Assembly: GCA_032250975.1 (NCBI GenBank)
Contig: JAVVFC010000001.1
Coordinates: 1 to 60,128 of the forward strand
Reading direction: 5' to 3'
Source: Longimicrobiales bacterium
Lineage (GTDB): Bacteria > Gemmatimonadota > Gemmatimonadetes > Longimicrobiales > Gaopeijiaceae
Length of the DNA stretch: 60,128 nucleotides
The position numbers and the translations under genes are program-made. Every line of letters starts with the position of its first letter. Within the stretch, counting starts at the first letter, position 1. The notes under the pieces are model-generated. The model was not told where the DNA came from and ran no database searches. It worked only from the letters and a program-made list of their open reading frames with translations. Of the stretch, positions 19,159 through 27,768 are shown in pieces.

Positions 19159-22100
19159 CTACTCGGCCTGCAGGGCGGGCGTGCCCACCCGCCGCCGTGC
19201 GACGGCGCTCGCTGCCGGCTCGGCGCGCTCGGCGTCGGGCGCGCTGTCGGTCGCCGCAGCCGGCGCCACGAAGTACCGCGCCCAGAATCGGGCGCCGTCG
19301 TCCACCAGCGAGTACAGCACCGGGACCAGCACCAGCGTGAGGAAGGTGGCGAAGATGATCCCGGCAATGACCGCCACCGCCATCGGTCCCCACCAGGCCG
19401 CCTGCTCACCGCCCCAGAAGAGCTCGGGCTGCAGGCTCCCGTAGAACCCGAAGAAGTTGAAGTTGAGGCCGATGGCGAGCGGGACCAGGCCCAGGGCGGT
19501 GGTGGCGGCGGTGAGGACCACCGGCCGGAAGCGGGTGCGTCCCCCCTGCACGAGCGCCTCGCGCCGGTCCATGCCGTCGCGGGAGCGCAGCACGTCGATG
19601 TAGTCGATCAGAACGATAGCGTTGTTCACCACGATGCCGGCCAGCGAAATGATCCCGACGCCGGTCATGATGACGCCGAAGGGCATCCGCCAGAGCAGCA
19701 GCCCGAGCAGGACGCCGACCGTGGACATCAGGACCGAGGTGAGGATGATGACCGGCTTCACCACGGAGTTGAACTGGCTGACCAGGATGAATCCGATCAG
19801 GAGCACCGCCACCAGGAAGGCGGAGAGCAGGAAGCCCTGGGCCTCACTCTGCTCCTCCTGCTGGCCGGTATACTGGACGGTGTATCCCGGCGGCAGGTCG
19901 GCCACGAAGCCCGTCAGCGCCTCCCGGGTTTCGGCGAGGAGCGCGTTGCTGTTCACGCCGGCGGCGGCATCCGCCGAGACGGTCGCCATCCGCATCTGGT
20001 CCTTGCGCCGGATGGTGCCGTAGCCCTCCCCCACCCGCCAGGACGCCACCGAGGAGAGGGGGATCTGGGCGCCGCCCTCGGCGACCACCGTCAGGTTGGC
20101 GAGCTGGTCGAGCTCCCGCCGGTAGCGCTCCGCCAGGCGCACCACGATGTCGTACTCGTCGGTCCCGGTCCGGTACTTGGCGGCCTCGATCCCCTGGATG
20201 GCGCCCCGCACCGCCCGCCCCACGTCGGCGGTCGAGAGGTCCCAGAGCGCCGCCTTCTCGCGGTCCACCACCACCGAAAGTTCGGGGCGCGCGGCGTCCA
20301 GGTCGCTCTCCAGACCCACCATGCGGGTGAAGACCGGATGGTTCTGCAGCACCTCGATGGCGCCCTCGCTCAGCGCCTTCAGGACGGCCGGGTCCTCGCC
20401 CACGATCTCGACGTTGACGGCGGGTCCGCTCGACACGCCCTCCTGGCGCTGCTCCACCGAGATCTCGCCTCCGGCGATGTCCCGGCCGATGTTGGCCTGC
20501 ATCCAGGCCAGCGTCTCGAAGGCGTCGTGCCTGCGGTCCTGGAAGTCCACGAAGCTGATGGCGATGCGCCCCCGATCCGGTCCGGAAGGCCCCCCCTGCC
20601 CGATGGCGCCCGCGATGCCCGACGCCCCACCACTCCCCGCGGTGGCCACCCGCGACTTCCAGTCCTCCCGCCCCGGGACCCCGTCGAGCTCCGCCTCCAG
20701 GCGGCGGACGAGGGCGTCGGTGGCGTCCGCGCGGGTCCCCACCGGCGTCTCCACGTCCACGAAGACCTCCTTGGGCGGAATCGCCTCCGGAAAGAACTCG
20801 ATGCCGTGGTTGAAGCGGACGAAGAGCAGCAGGGTCACCACGAAGCTCGCGAAGGTCCCGCCCAGGATGATCAGGCGGTGGTCCAGCGCCCAGCGCAGCT
20901 GGCCCTCGTAGATCCGGACCGCTTCCGGCACCCACTCGCGCTGGAAGCGCTTTGCGAGGCCCGTGAGAAGGAAGTGGAAGAGCCCCCAGAGCAGCAGTCC
21001 GGTGGCGAGCAGAAGAAGCGCGGTCAGGGGATTGGCCTTCAGGACCAGCCCCACCGCCAGCGCACCCGCGCCGGCGAGAGTCCAGCGCGCCGCCGGGGTC
21101 AGGCCTCGGCGACGTGCCCCTTCCAGGCGCATATGGTCGGCGCAGAGGGAGGGAACGATGATCAGCGCCACGAAGAGCGACGCCGACAGGGTGACGATCA
21201 GCGTCTGGGGAAGGAAGCCCATGAACTCCCCCACCATGCCGGGCCAGAAGAGCAGAGGCGCGAATGCGGCCAGGGTAGTGAGCGTCGCAGCGATCACGGG
21301 CAGAGCCACCTCGCCCGTGGCCTTCCTGGCCGCCTGCCGTCGGTCCCACCCCTCCTCCATGTAGCGGTAGATGTTCTCCACCACCACGATGGCGTTGTCC
21401 ACGAGCATCCCCAGCGCGAGGATGAGCGAGAAGAGGACCACCATGTTCATGCTCGTGCCCAGCACGCGCAGAACGATGAAGCTCAGGAGCATGGACGTGG
21501 GGATGGAGATCCCCACGAAGAAGGAGTTGGTGAGGCCCAGGAAGAAGAGCAGGACCCCCACGATGAGGATCAGACCCGAGACGATGTTGTTCTCCAGCGA
21601 GGAGACCATCACCCGGATCTCCTCGGACTGGTCCGAGGTGACCTTCACCACCGTGGAGGGCGGAAAGAGTGGAACCGCCTCGTCCAGCACCGCCTTCACC
21701 TTGTCCGACGTCTCGATGATGTTCCGCCCGGAGCGCTTGATGATGTCCAGCGTGATGACGTCCACGCCGTCCAGGCGGGCGTAGCTCTCGCGCTCGGCGA
21801 AACCGAACTCGACGTCGGCCACGTCGCGGACGTAGACCGGACCCCCCTGCTCGGCAGTGATCACCAGGTCCCGGATCACGGCCGGGTCCCCGAACTCCCC
21901 GTCGATGCGCACCAGGTACTTGGAGCGGCCGACGTCGATGGCGCCGCCGGGCGTGTTCACGTTCTCGCGCGCCACCGCGTCCACCACATCGGCGAGCGCC
22001 AGCCCGTGGTGCTTGAGGCGCTGGAGGTCCACGTCCACTTTGACCTCCCGCTCCAACCCCCCCCGGAGGTCGACGCGCAGGATCTCGGGAATGGTCTCCA

Positions 22101-22641
22101 GCCGGTCCTGCAGGTCCTCCGCGAGCTCCTTCAGGCGCACCAGGCCATACTCCCCCGCCAGGTTCACCTGCATGATGGGAACCTCGGAGAAGTTGAACTC
22201 CGAGATCGTCGGATCCTCCGCGTCCACGGGCAGCTCCGGCCGGGCCAGATCCACCTTCTCGCGCACGCGGGCGAGGGCGTCCTCCAGGTCCACCGTGGTC
22301 TCGAACTCGGCCACGATGCTCGAGAGCCCCTCTGTGGAGGTGGAGCTGAGCTCCTTGATGTCGCCGATGGTAGAGAGTTCGTCCTCGAGCGGGCGGGTCA
22401 CCAGCGACTCCATGTCCGCGGGCGAAACCCCCGGATAGACGGTCGTCACCGCAATCATCGGAAGCTCGATCTCCGGGAACGACTCCTTGGGGGTGGTCGC
22501 GTAGGCCAGCACCCCGAGGATGGTCAGGATCAGGAGCAGCACCTTCACGCTCGTCCCGTGGTCCACCGCGAAGGAGGTGGGGCCGAATTCCTTGAAACGG
22601 TCCTGGAATCCACCCTCCCCGGGTCCGCGCCCCGACGTCAT
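19159..22641 (-). CDS. RND efflux permease (AcrB/AcrD/AcrF family)
   Basis: PKESFPEI, YPGVSP, LGMLVDNAIVVVENI, GIVVNNAIVLID, RFRPVVLT. Confidence 0.95.
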   Translation of the reverse strand: MTSGRGPGEGGFQDRFKEFGPTSFAVDHGTSVKVLLLILTILGVLAYATTPKESFPEIELPMIAVTTVYPGVSPADMESLVTRPLEDELSTIGDIKELSSTSTEGLSSIVAEFETTVDLEDALARVREKVDLARPELPVDAEDPTISEFNFSEVPIMQVNLAGEYGLVRLKELAEDLQDRLETIPEILRVDLRGGLEREVKVDVDLQRLKHHGLALADVVDAVARENVNTPGGAIDVGRSKYLVRIDGEFGDPAVIRDLVITAEQGGPVYVRDVADVEFGFAERESYARLDGVDVITLDIIKRSGRNIIETSDKVKAVLDEAVPLFPPSTVVKVTSDQSEEIRVMVSSLENNIVSGLILIVGVLLFFLGLTNSFFVGISIPTSMLLSFIVLRVLGTSMNMVVLFSLILALGMLVDNAIVVVENIYRYMEEGWDRRQAARKATGEVALPVIAATLTTLAAFAPLLFWPGMVGEFMGFLPQTLIVTLSASLFVALIIVPSLCADHMRLEGARRRGLTPAARWTLAGAGALAVGLVLKANPLTALLLLATGLLLWGLFHFLLTGLAKRFQREWVPEAVRIYEGQLRWALDHRLIILGGTFASFVVTLLLFVRFNHGIEFFPEAIPPKEVFVDVETPVGTRADATDALVRRLEAELDGVPGREDWKSRVATAGSGGASGIAGAIGQGGPSGPDRGRIAISFVDFQDRRHDAFETLAWMQANIGRDIAGGEISVEQRQEGVSSGPAVNVEIVGEDPAVLKALSEGAIEVLQNHPVFTRMVGLESDLDAARPELSVVVDREKAALWDLSTADVGRAVRGAIQGIEAAKYRTGTDEYDIVVRLAERYRRELDQLANLTVVAEGGAQIPLSSVASWRVGEGYGTIRRKDQMRMATVSADAAAGVNSNALLAETREALTGFVADLPPGYTVQYTGQQEEQSEAQGFLLSAFLVAVLLIGFILVSQFNSVVKPVIILTSVLMSTVGVLLGLLLWRMPFGVIMTGVGIISLAGIVVNNAIVLIDYIDVLRSRDGMDRREALVQGGRTRFRPVVLTAATTALGLVPLAIGLNFNFFGFYGSLQPELFWGGEQAAWWGPMAVAVIAGIIFATFLTLVLVPVLYSLVDDGARFWARYFVAPAAATDSAPDAERAEPAASAVARRRVGTPALQAE

Positions 22642-23723
22642 GAGCCCTCCACCACCCGCACCCGGTCCCCGTCCGCCACGCTCTTCTGGCCCACCACCAC
22701 CAGGCGCTCGCCGGCCTCCAGCCCGGCGGTGACCACCACCCGGTTTCCGCGCGACGAGCCCAGCTCCACGCGGCGGCGGCGAGCGAACGTCTGCTCGCCC
22801 TCCCCCTCCACCACGAACACCACGTAACCGTCGTCCAGGCGGACCAGTGCGTCCTGGGGCACGGCCAGCGCGCCCTCCACTGCACTCCGCTCCAGGGTGA
22901 CGTTGGCCACCATCTCCGGCTTGATCCGGAGCTGCGGATTGGGCAACCGGAATTCGACCGGGAAGGTCCGGTTGCGCGGATCCACCGCCGAGCCCACGAA
23001 GTCCACGGTCGCCAGACCACCCGCCTCGGGCAGGACGTCGAAGGTCACGTCGGCGGCGGTCCCCGGGCGCACGTCGGGCGCGTAGCGCTCAGGCACCCCG
23101 GCGCGGATCTTGACCGGGTCCGCGTCCACCACCCGGAATACGGGCGTGCCGGCCGCCACCAGGCTCCCGACCTCCACCATGCGGTCCTCCAGCACGCCGG
23201 CGAAGGGGGCACGGATGACGGTGCGGGCCAGGCGCTCCTCCAGGCCGCGGAGCGTGGCCGCCGACTGCTCGGCGGCGAAGCGCGCCTCCAGATAGGCCAG
23301 TTCCGAACCCACGCGGTCCTCCTCCCACAGGCGTCGCCGGCGCGTCCAGGTCTCCTCGGCCAGTTGCGCGGCCGCGCGCGCCTGGTCCACCTGGGCCCGC
23401 AGCACCCGGTCGTCGATACGCAGCACCGCGTCTCCCGTGCGCACGCGCTCCCCCTTGTCCCGCACGATCTCCAACACCGCGCCGCTCTCCTCGGCCGCCA
23501 CCGTGACATCCTGCTCGGCGGCTACCGTGCCGGTCAGCAGGATCTCCTCGATAAAGCGCTCGGGCGCGACCGTCTGGACCTCGACGTTGATGACGCGGAC
23601 GAACCCGGTCCCCGCACCGCCCTCGGCGGCACCGGGATCCCCCGCCGAGGCGTCGCCGCACGCGGCCGCGACGACCGCACCCAGAAGAAACGCCCGGCGC
23701 ACCGTTTCACCCCGCTGCCTCAT
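22638..23723 (-). CDS. RND periplasmic adaptor (membrane fusion protein)
   Basis: AAAC lipobox, IRAPFAG, VDPRNRTF, GLEAGERLVVVG. Confidence 0.93.
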   Translation of the reverse strand: MRQRGETVRRAFLLGAVVAAACGDASAGDPGAAEGGAGTGFVRVINVEVQTVAPERFIEEILLTGTVAAEQDVTVAAEESGAVLEIVRDKGERVRTGDAVLRIDDRVLRAQVDQARAAAQLAEETWTRRRRLWEEDRVGSELAYLEARFAAEQSAATLRGLEERLARTVIRAPFAGVLEDRMVEVGSLVAAGTPVFRVVDADPVKIRAGVPERYAPDVRPGTAADVTFDVLPEAGGLATVDFVGSAVDPRNRTFPVEFRLPNPQLRIKPEMVANVTLERSAVEGALAVPQDALVRLDDGYVVFVVEGEGEQTFARRRRVELGSSRGNRVVVTAGLEAGERLVVVGQKSVADGDRVRVVEGS

Positions 23724-25213
23724 GCTCCCTCCCCAACGGCGGGAACGCGCCCCACCGCCTCGTCGAGCCGCGCCCGGGCGACCAGGTAGTCGAAGACCGC
23801 CTGCGCGTAGTTGAATTCACTCTCCCGAAGCGCCACCTCGGCGTCGGTCAGCTCCAGCTGGCTGCCCAGCCCCTCGCGGTACTGCGCGCGGGCGATCTCG
23901 AATCCACGCTCCGCCTGCGAAACGGCCAATCGCTGGCCGTCGGCCCGCAGCCGGGCCTCCTCCACCTGCTCGGCCAGCGTGCGCACCTCGCTGGCGGCCT
24001 GGCTCTGCGCCAGCTCGGTCTGCACGCGGGCCTGGCGGAGCGCCGCCCGCTTCTGGTCGATGCGCGCGTCGCGGCGGAAGCCCTGGAACACCGGAAGCGT
24101 GAGGCGGACGCCCGCCAGCCGCGTGTAGGTCCGGGGGGCGCCGAAGAACTCGGGGCCGCCGTTCTGCTGGGAGTTGATGATGTAGCTTCCGAACAGGGAT
24201 AGGCTCGGCAGATACTCCACCTGCTCCAGGCGAAGCTCCGTCTGCCGCAGGCTCTCGGTGGCCAGCAGTTGGCGCACGTCGGAGCGGCCCACCCGGGCCA
24301 GCGCAACCAGCGTGTCCGGGGGTAGATCCTCCGCCACACCGGCCATGGCCAGGATGGCCCGGTTCTCGGGCGTGTTCGCCTCCGGCCGCTCCAGATCCAT
24401 GTCGGCGAGTGATCCGGCGAGCTCCATGCGCTCGGCCTCCCCGTCCGGCAGCCCGAGTTCCACCCCCAGGGCGCGCTTTCCCTGGGTCACCGCGTTCTCG
24501 GCCCGCCGCACGTTGGGCTCCAGATTTGCCCGCTCCACGTCCAGCCGCAGCACGTCGTAGTCGGCCGCCAGTCCCGCGGCGTTGAGGGCGCGCGTCTCCG
24601 CCAGGCTCTCCTCCACGCGCCGCAGCGAATTGGTCAGCAGGCGAAGCTGCTCCTGGGCCAGCAGCAGTTCGTAGAAGCCGGTTCGCACCCGCGTCACCAC
24701 CGCCTGCACCTCGCCCCGCACCGACTCCTCCTGGAGCGCCCGGAAGCGGCCCGCCGCCCCCACGCCGATGAAGGCCCGGGCATCGAGCAGAGGCTGTTCG
24801 GCGTCGAGCGACAGATTCCAGATGTTGTCGGCTCCGAAGCGGATGGCGATCAGATCGTCCGGACCCGCCTCCGGGTCGAAGATGATGGCGGGCAGGAAGT
24901 TCACCGCCGGAGACAGGTTGCGGGTGTAGGTGGTGTTCAGGTCCAGCGTGGGAAAGACGTTGCTCCACGCCTCGCTCACCTGTTCCCCGGACTCCTCGAG
25001 TGCGAAGCGCGCCGCCCGCAGCTGCGGGTTGCGCGTCACCGCCACCCGCACCGCCTCGTCCAGCGCGAGCACACGCGTCCGTGTCGAATCCGGACGCCAC
25101 TGGCCGGCCGCCCCGGCAGGCCCCCCCAGGGCCATGGACAGGGCCAGGGCGAGCGGCATCGCCATCCCCATCCGCACCCCTGCCCGTACCCGGGCCTTCG
25201 TTCCCGACCTCAT
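23720..25213 (-). CDS. TolC-family outer-membrane efflux protein
   Basis: Signal peptide; LALDEAVRVAVTRNP, LTLPVFQG, YREGLGSQLELTDAE. Confidence 0.92.
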   Translation of the reverse strand: MRSGTKARVRAGVRMGMAMPLALALSMALGGPAGAAGQWRPDSTRTRVLALDEAVRVAVTRNPQLRAARFALEESGEQVSEAWSNVFPTLDLNTTYTRNLSPAVNFLPAIIFDPEAGPDDLIAIRFGADNIWNLSLDAEQPLLDARAFIGVGAAGRFRALQEESVRGEVQAVVTRVRTGFYELLLAQEQLRLLTNSLRRVEESLAETRALNAAGLAADYDVLRLDVERANLEPNVRRAENAVTQGKRALGVELGLPDGEAERMELAGSLADMDLERPEANTPENRAILAMAGVAEDLPPDTLVALARVGRSDVRQLLATESLRQTELRLEQVEYLPSLSLFGSYIINSQQNGGPEFFGAPRTYTRLAGVRLTLPVFQGFRRDARIDQKRAALRQARVQTELAQSQAASEVRTLAEQVEEARLRADGQRLAVSQAERGFEIARAQYREGLGSQLELTDAEVALRESEFNYAQAVFDYLVARARLDEAVGRVPAVGEGA

Positions 25214-25863
25214 CGCTCCACCCCTCCCATGGCCGCTTCGGGGCGGCCGTCCAGGATTTCCAGCAGTGCCGGCGTACCGACGCCCTCCAGCATTCGCCTC
25301 CCGGAAGCCTCGAAGAAGCGGCGGAAGCCGTCCCGGTCGAGGGGCGCGCCCTCCCGCAGCAGGCGACCGCGCAGGAAGAGGATGAGGAGGCCGTGCGCGT
25401 GGCCCCAGAGCGTCACCGACACGTCCTCGGGGTCCCCCGGGCGCAGCAGGCCCTCGTCCATGCACTCCCGGACCCGGTCGTGCCAGAACTGCCCGATGGC
25501 GCAGCCGAGCGCCTCCACCTCCGGCGCCTGGCGGGCCATGCCCAGCGTGTCGGGATCGGCGAACATGAAACCGTAGAGCCGTGGATTCTCCAGGGCGAAG
25601 TCCAGATAGCCCTCCGAGGCGAGCGAAAGACGCTCCAGCGGCGTGCCTCCGGCCAGGCCCCGGTACAGGTACTGGGCGAAGCGCTGGTACGCCTGGACGA
25701 GAACGTCCTGGAGCAGCTGCTCACGGCTCTCGTAGTGCTTGTAGAGCGCCGGAGCGGTCACCCCTAAAGAACGGGCGAGCCGGCGCATGCTGAAGCCGTC
25801 CGCCCCCTGTGCGAGGAAGAGTTCGCAGGCGTGTTCGAGGATGCGATCGCGTTGCTCAGACAT
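25210..25863 (-). CDS. TetR/AcrR-family regulator (WHG-like C-terminus)
   Basis: FSMRRLARSLGVTAPALYKHY helix-turn-helix; LWGHAHG. Confidence 0.93.
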   Translation of the reverse strand: MSEQRDRILEHACELFLAQGADGFSMRRLARSLGVTAPALYKHYESREQLLQDVLVQAYQRFAQYLYRGLAGGTPLERLSLASEGYLDFALENPRLYGFMFADPDTLGMARQAPEVEALGCAIGQFWHDRVRECMDEGLLRPGDPEDVSVTLWGHAHGLLILFLRGRLLREGAPLDRDGFRRFFEASGRRMLEGVGTPALLEILDGRPEAAMGGVER

Positions 25864-25935
25864 GGTGAACAGTGTAAACCAATCCTGCGTCCTCCTCAAG
25901 ACGTGCAGGCGGCAGGAAGGGTAACACCGTTTAGC
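25864..25935 (-). promoter_or_regulatory. Leaderless promoter of the tetR-tolC-MFP-RND operon with two putative TetR operators
   Basis: TTGAGG-N17-TACACT-N7-ATG; imperfect palindrome GGTGAACAGTGTAAACC (25864-25880) and related GGGTAACACCGTTTAGC (25919-25935). Confidence 0.65.
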
Positions 25936-25959
25936 ACCATTTAGTGCGATACCGAAACG

Positions 25960-27768
25960 TCAGAGGGCGCCCGGCACCACCCATGCCCGCACGATCCGGT
26001 CCTCGGGCGCGAGCGCCGCCAGCACCGCCGTCCCCCGCACTACCCGCCCGAAGGCCGTATAGGCCCCGTCCAGATGAGGCTGGGGCGAGTGGGTGACGAA
26101 GAACTGGGTGGACTCGGTGTCCTTGCCCGCGCTCGCCATCCCGAGCGTCCCCTCCCGGTACGGCAGCCGCGTGAACTCGCTGCGCAGGCGGAAGCCCGCC
26201 CCAGGGCGCGCGCCCCCCAGCGTAACGTCTCCACCCTGTGCCACGAAGTTGGGGATCACCCGGTGGAAGGGGATCCCGTCGAAGCGGCCCTCCCGGGCGG
26301 TGGACGCGATTGCGTCCACGGTGAGCGGCGCGAATTCACTCCGGAGTTCAAGCACCACTTCCCCCCGTTCGGTGAGGAGATGGAGACGGGGCCGGGGACC
26401 GAGGTCGCGGAGGTGAGCCCACGAGATCGCCCGATACGGGGGTGGGGGCGGGAATGCGCCGCCTTCCGCTTCGCCCTCGTCGTCCGCGGAGGCATCGCCT
26501 GCCGCCGGCGTGGTGTCGGCCGCGAAGGGCGCCGCCGCCAGGATGCGGGCCGCCTGACGCCCGGCGCGGGAATCCGCGCGCGCTGCCGCGGTGCGCAGCA
26601 GAGTCTCGCCCGCGCGCCCGGGAAGCGCGGCCGCGGCGGCCACCCCGGCCAGCAGAACCCCGTCCCGGTCCAGATCCTGGCGCTCGAACCAGGCGGCCAC
26701 CGGCTCCGTCCGGCCCGCCTGCCCGAGCGCGCTGAGCACGGCTCCGGCCGGTGCGACGTCTCCCGGGTGCGCGTCCAGCCACGCCGCCAGCCGGTCCGCG
26801 AGCGCCGGGAACCCCGCCAGCACCCCGGCCATGCCCTGGGCGGCCCGCAGGCGGACGTGCACCGAGGCGTCGTCCAGCCCGTCCGGGAGCCCCTCAGCGG
26901 CCCGCGCCGAGCCCTCCACCGCCAGCGCGGCCAGCGCCTCGGCGGCGTTCACCCGCGTCTGCCAGCGGGCACCGTTCCGCAGCCACCAGAGTGCGGACCG
27001 GACCTGGCGCGCGTCGCTCGCCCGGCCCACCGCGCGCAGGAGGTGGGCCGCCGCCCGGTCGTCCGCCTCCAGGCGGGTCAGGGCCTCGGCGACCGCGCCC
27101 AGGTGCGTCCGCCAGACCTCGGGTTCGGGGTGGCGCCCGAACGGGTAGGCGGCCCACTCGCGCACCGCCGGGTCCGGATGGGCGAGGTCGTGCGCCAAGC
27201 GGCCCAGCAGGGTGTCCACCGCCACGCCGGCCAGCACGCAACGCCCCATGGCGCGCGCCACGCCCGGCTGGAGCCCCGGGTCGCCGATCTGGAAGAGGCG
27301 GAGCGCGGCGCCCTCCTCGCACCGCTTGCCCACGGCCTCGAGCTGGGCGGCTTGCGCGCGCGCGTCCCACTCCACTTTCAGCACGTTGAAGAGCGGGGTC
27401 GCGACGCCGGAAACCGGCAGCTGACCGAGGGCGAAGGCCACGTCCGCCCGCACCCGCGCGTCCAGGTCGTGCAGGGCGCCCACCAGAAGCTCAACCAGGG
27501 CCGTGTCCTGCACCGAGCCGAGGGTGAAGGCGGCGCGCGCGCGTACCGTGGGATCGGGGTGGGCAACCGGGTCGAGATAGGCCGCGAGCGCGGCCCCGTC
27601 CCGGGCCAGGCCCAGCTCGACAATGCGCTGCAGGTCGGGCCGCTCGAGCAGGGCGTCTTCCGGCCGCCCTTCCGGCTCACCCGGCGGGAGGGGGGCGGGG
27701 TCCGGTGGCGCACAGGCGGTGCCGAGCAGGAGCAGGAGAGCGGAGAGGGGGGCGATGCGATGGGTCAT
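25960..27768 (-). CDS. Lipoprotein with HEAT repeats and C-terminal cyclophilin-type PPIase
   Basis: GTAC lipobox; VRARAAFTLG / VRADVAFALG HEAT repeats; FHRVIPNFVAQGGD, GMASAGKDTESTQFF, HLDGAYTAFGRV. Confidence 0.9.
   Translation of the reverse strand: MTHRIAPLSALLLLLGTACAPPDPAPLPPGEPEGRPEDALLERPDLQRIVELGLARDGAALAAYLDPVAHPDPTVRARAAFTLGSVQDTALVELLVGALHDLDARVRADVAFALGQLPVSGVATPLFNVLKVEWDARAQAAQLEAVGKRCEEGAALRLFQIGDPGLQPGVARAMGRCVLAGVAVDTLLGRLAHDLAHPDPAVREWAAYPFGRHPEPEVWRTHLGAVAEALTRLEADDRAAAHLLRAVGRASDARQVRSALWWLRNGARWQTRVNAAEALAALAVEGSARAAEGLPDGLDDASVHVRLRAAQGMAGVLAGFPALADRLAAWLDAHPGDVAPAGAVLSALGQAGRTEPVAAWFERQDLDRDGVLLAGVAAAAALPGRAGETLLRTAAARADSRAGRQAARILAAAPFAADTTPAAGDASADDEGEAEGGAFPPPPPYRAISWAHLRDLGPRPRLHLLTERGEVVLELRSEFAPLTVDAIASTAREGRFDGIPFHRVIPNFVAQGGDVTLGGARPGAGFRLRSEFTRLPYREGTLGMASAGKDTESTQFFVTHSPQPHLDGAYTAFGRVVRGTAVLAALAPEDRIVRAWVVPGAL

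Noticed and set aside
18904-22827. 1307-aa plus-strand ORF and other long antisense ORFs (e.g. 2743-4755, 27882-30581, 30596-33217, 39773-42061)
   Set aside because: Shadow frames opposite well-supported genes; stop-poor because of high GC; no motifs.
19159-25863. RND efflux operon as a novel system
   Set aside because: Standard TetR-TolC-MFP-RND layout; the extra mid-protein hydrophobic segment is not enough to claim novelty.
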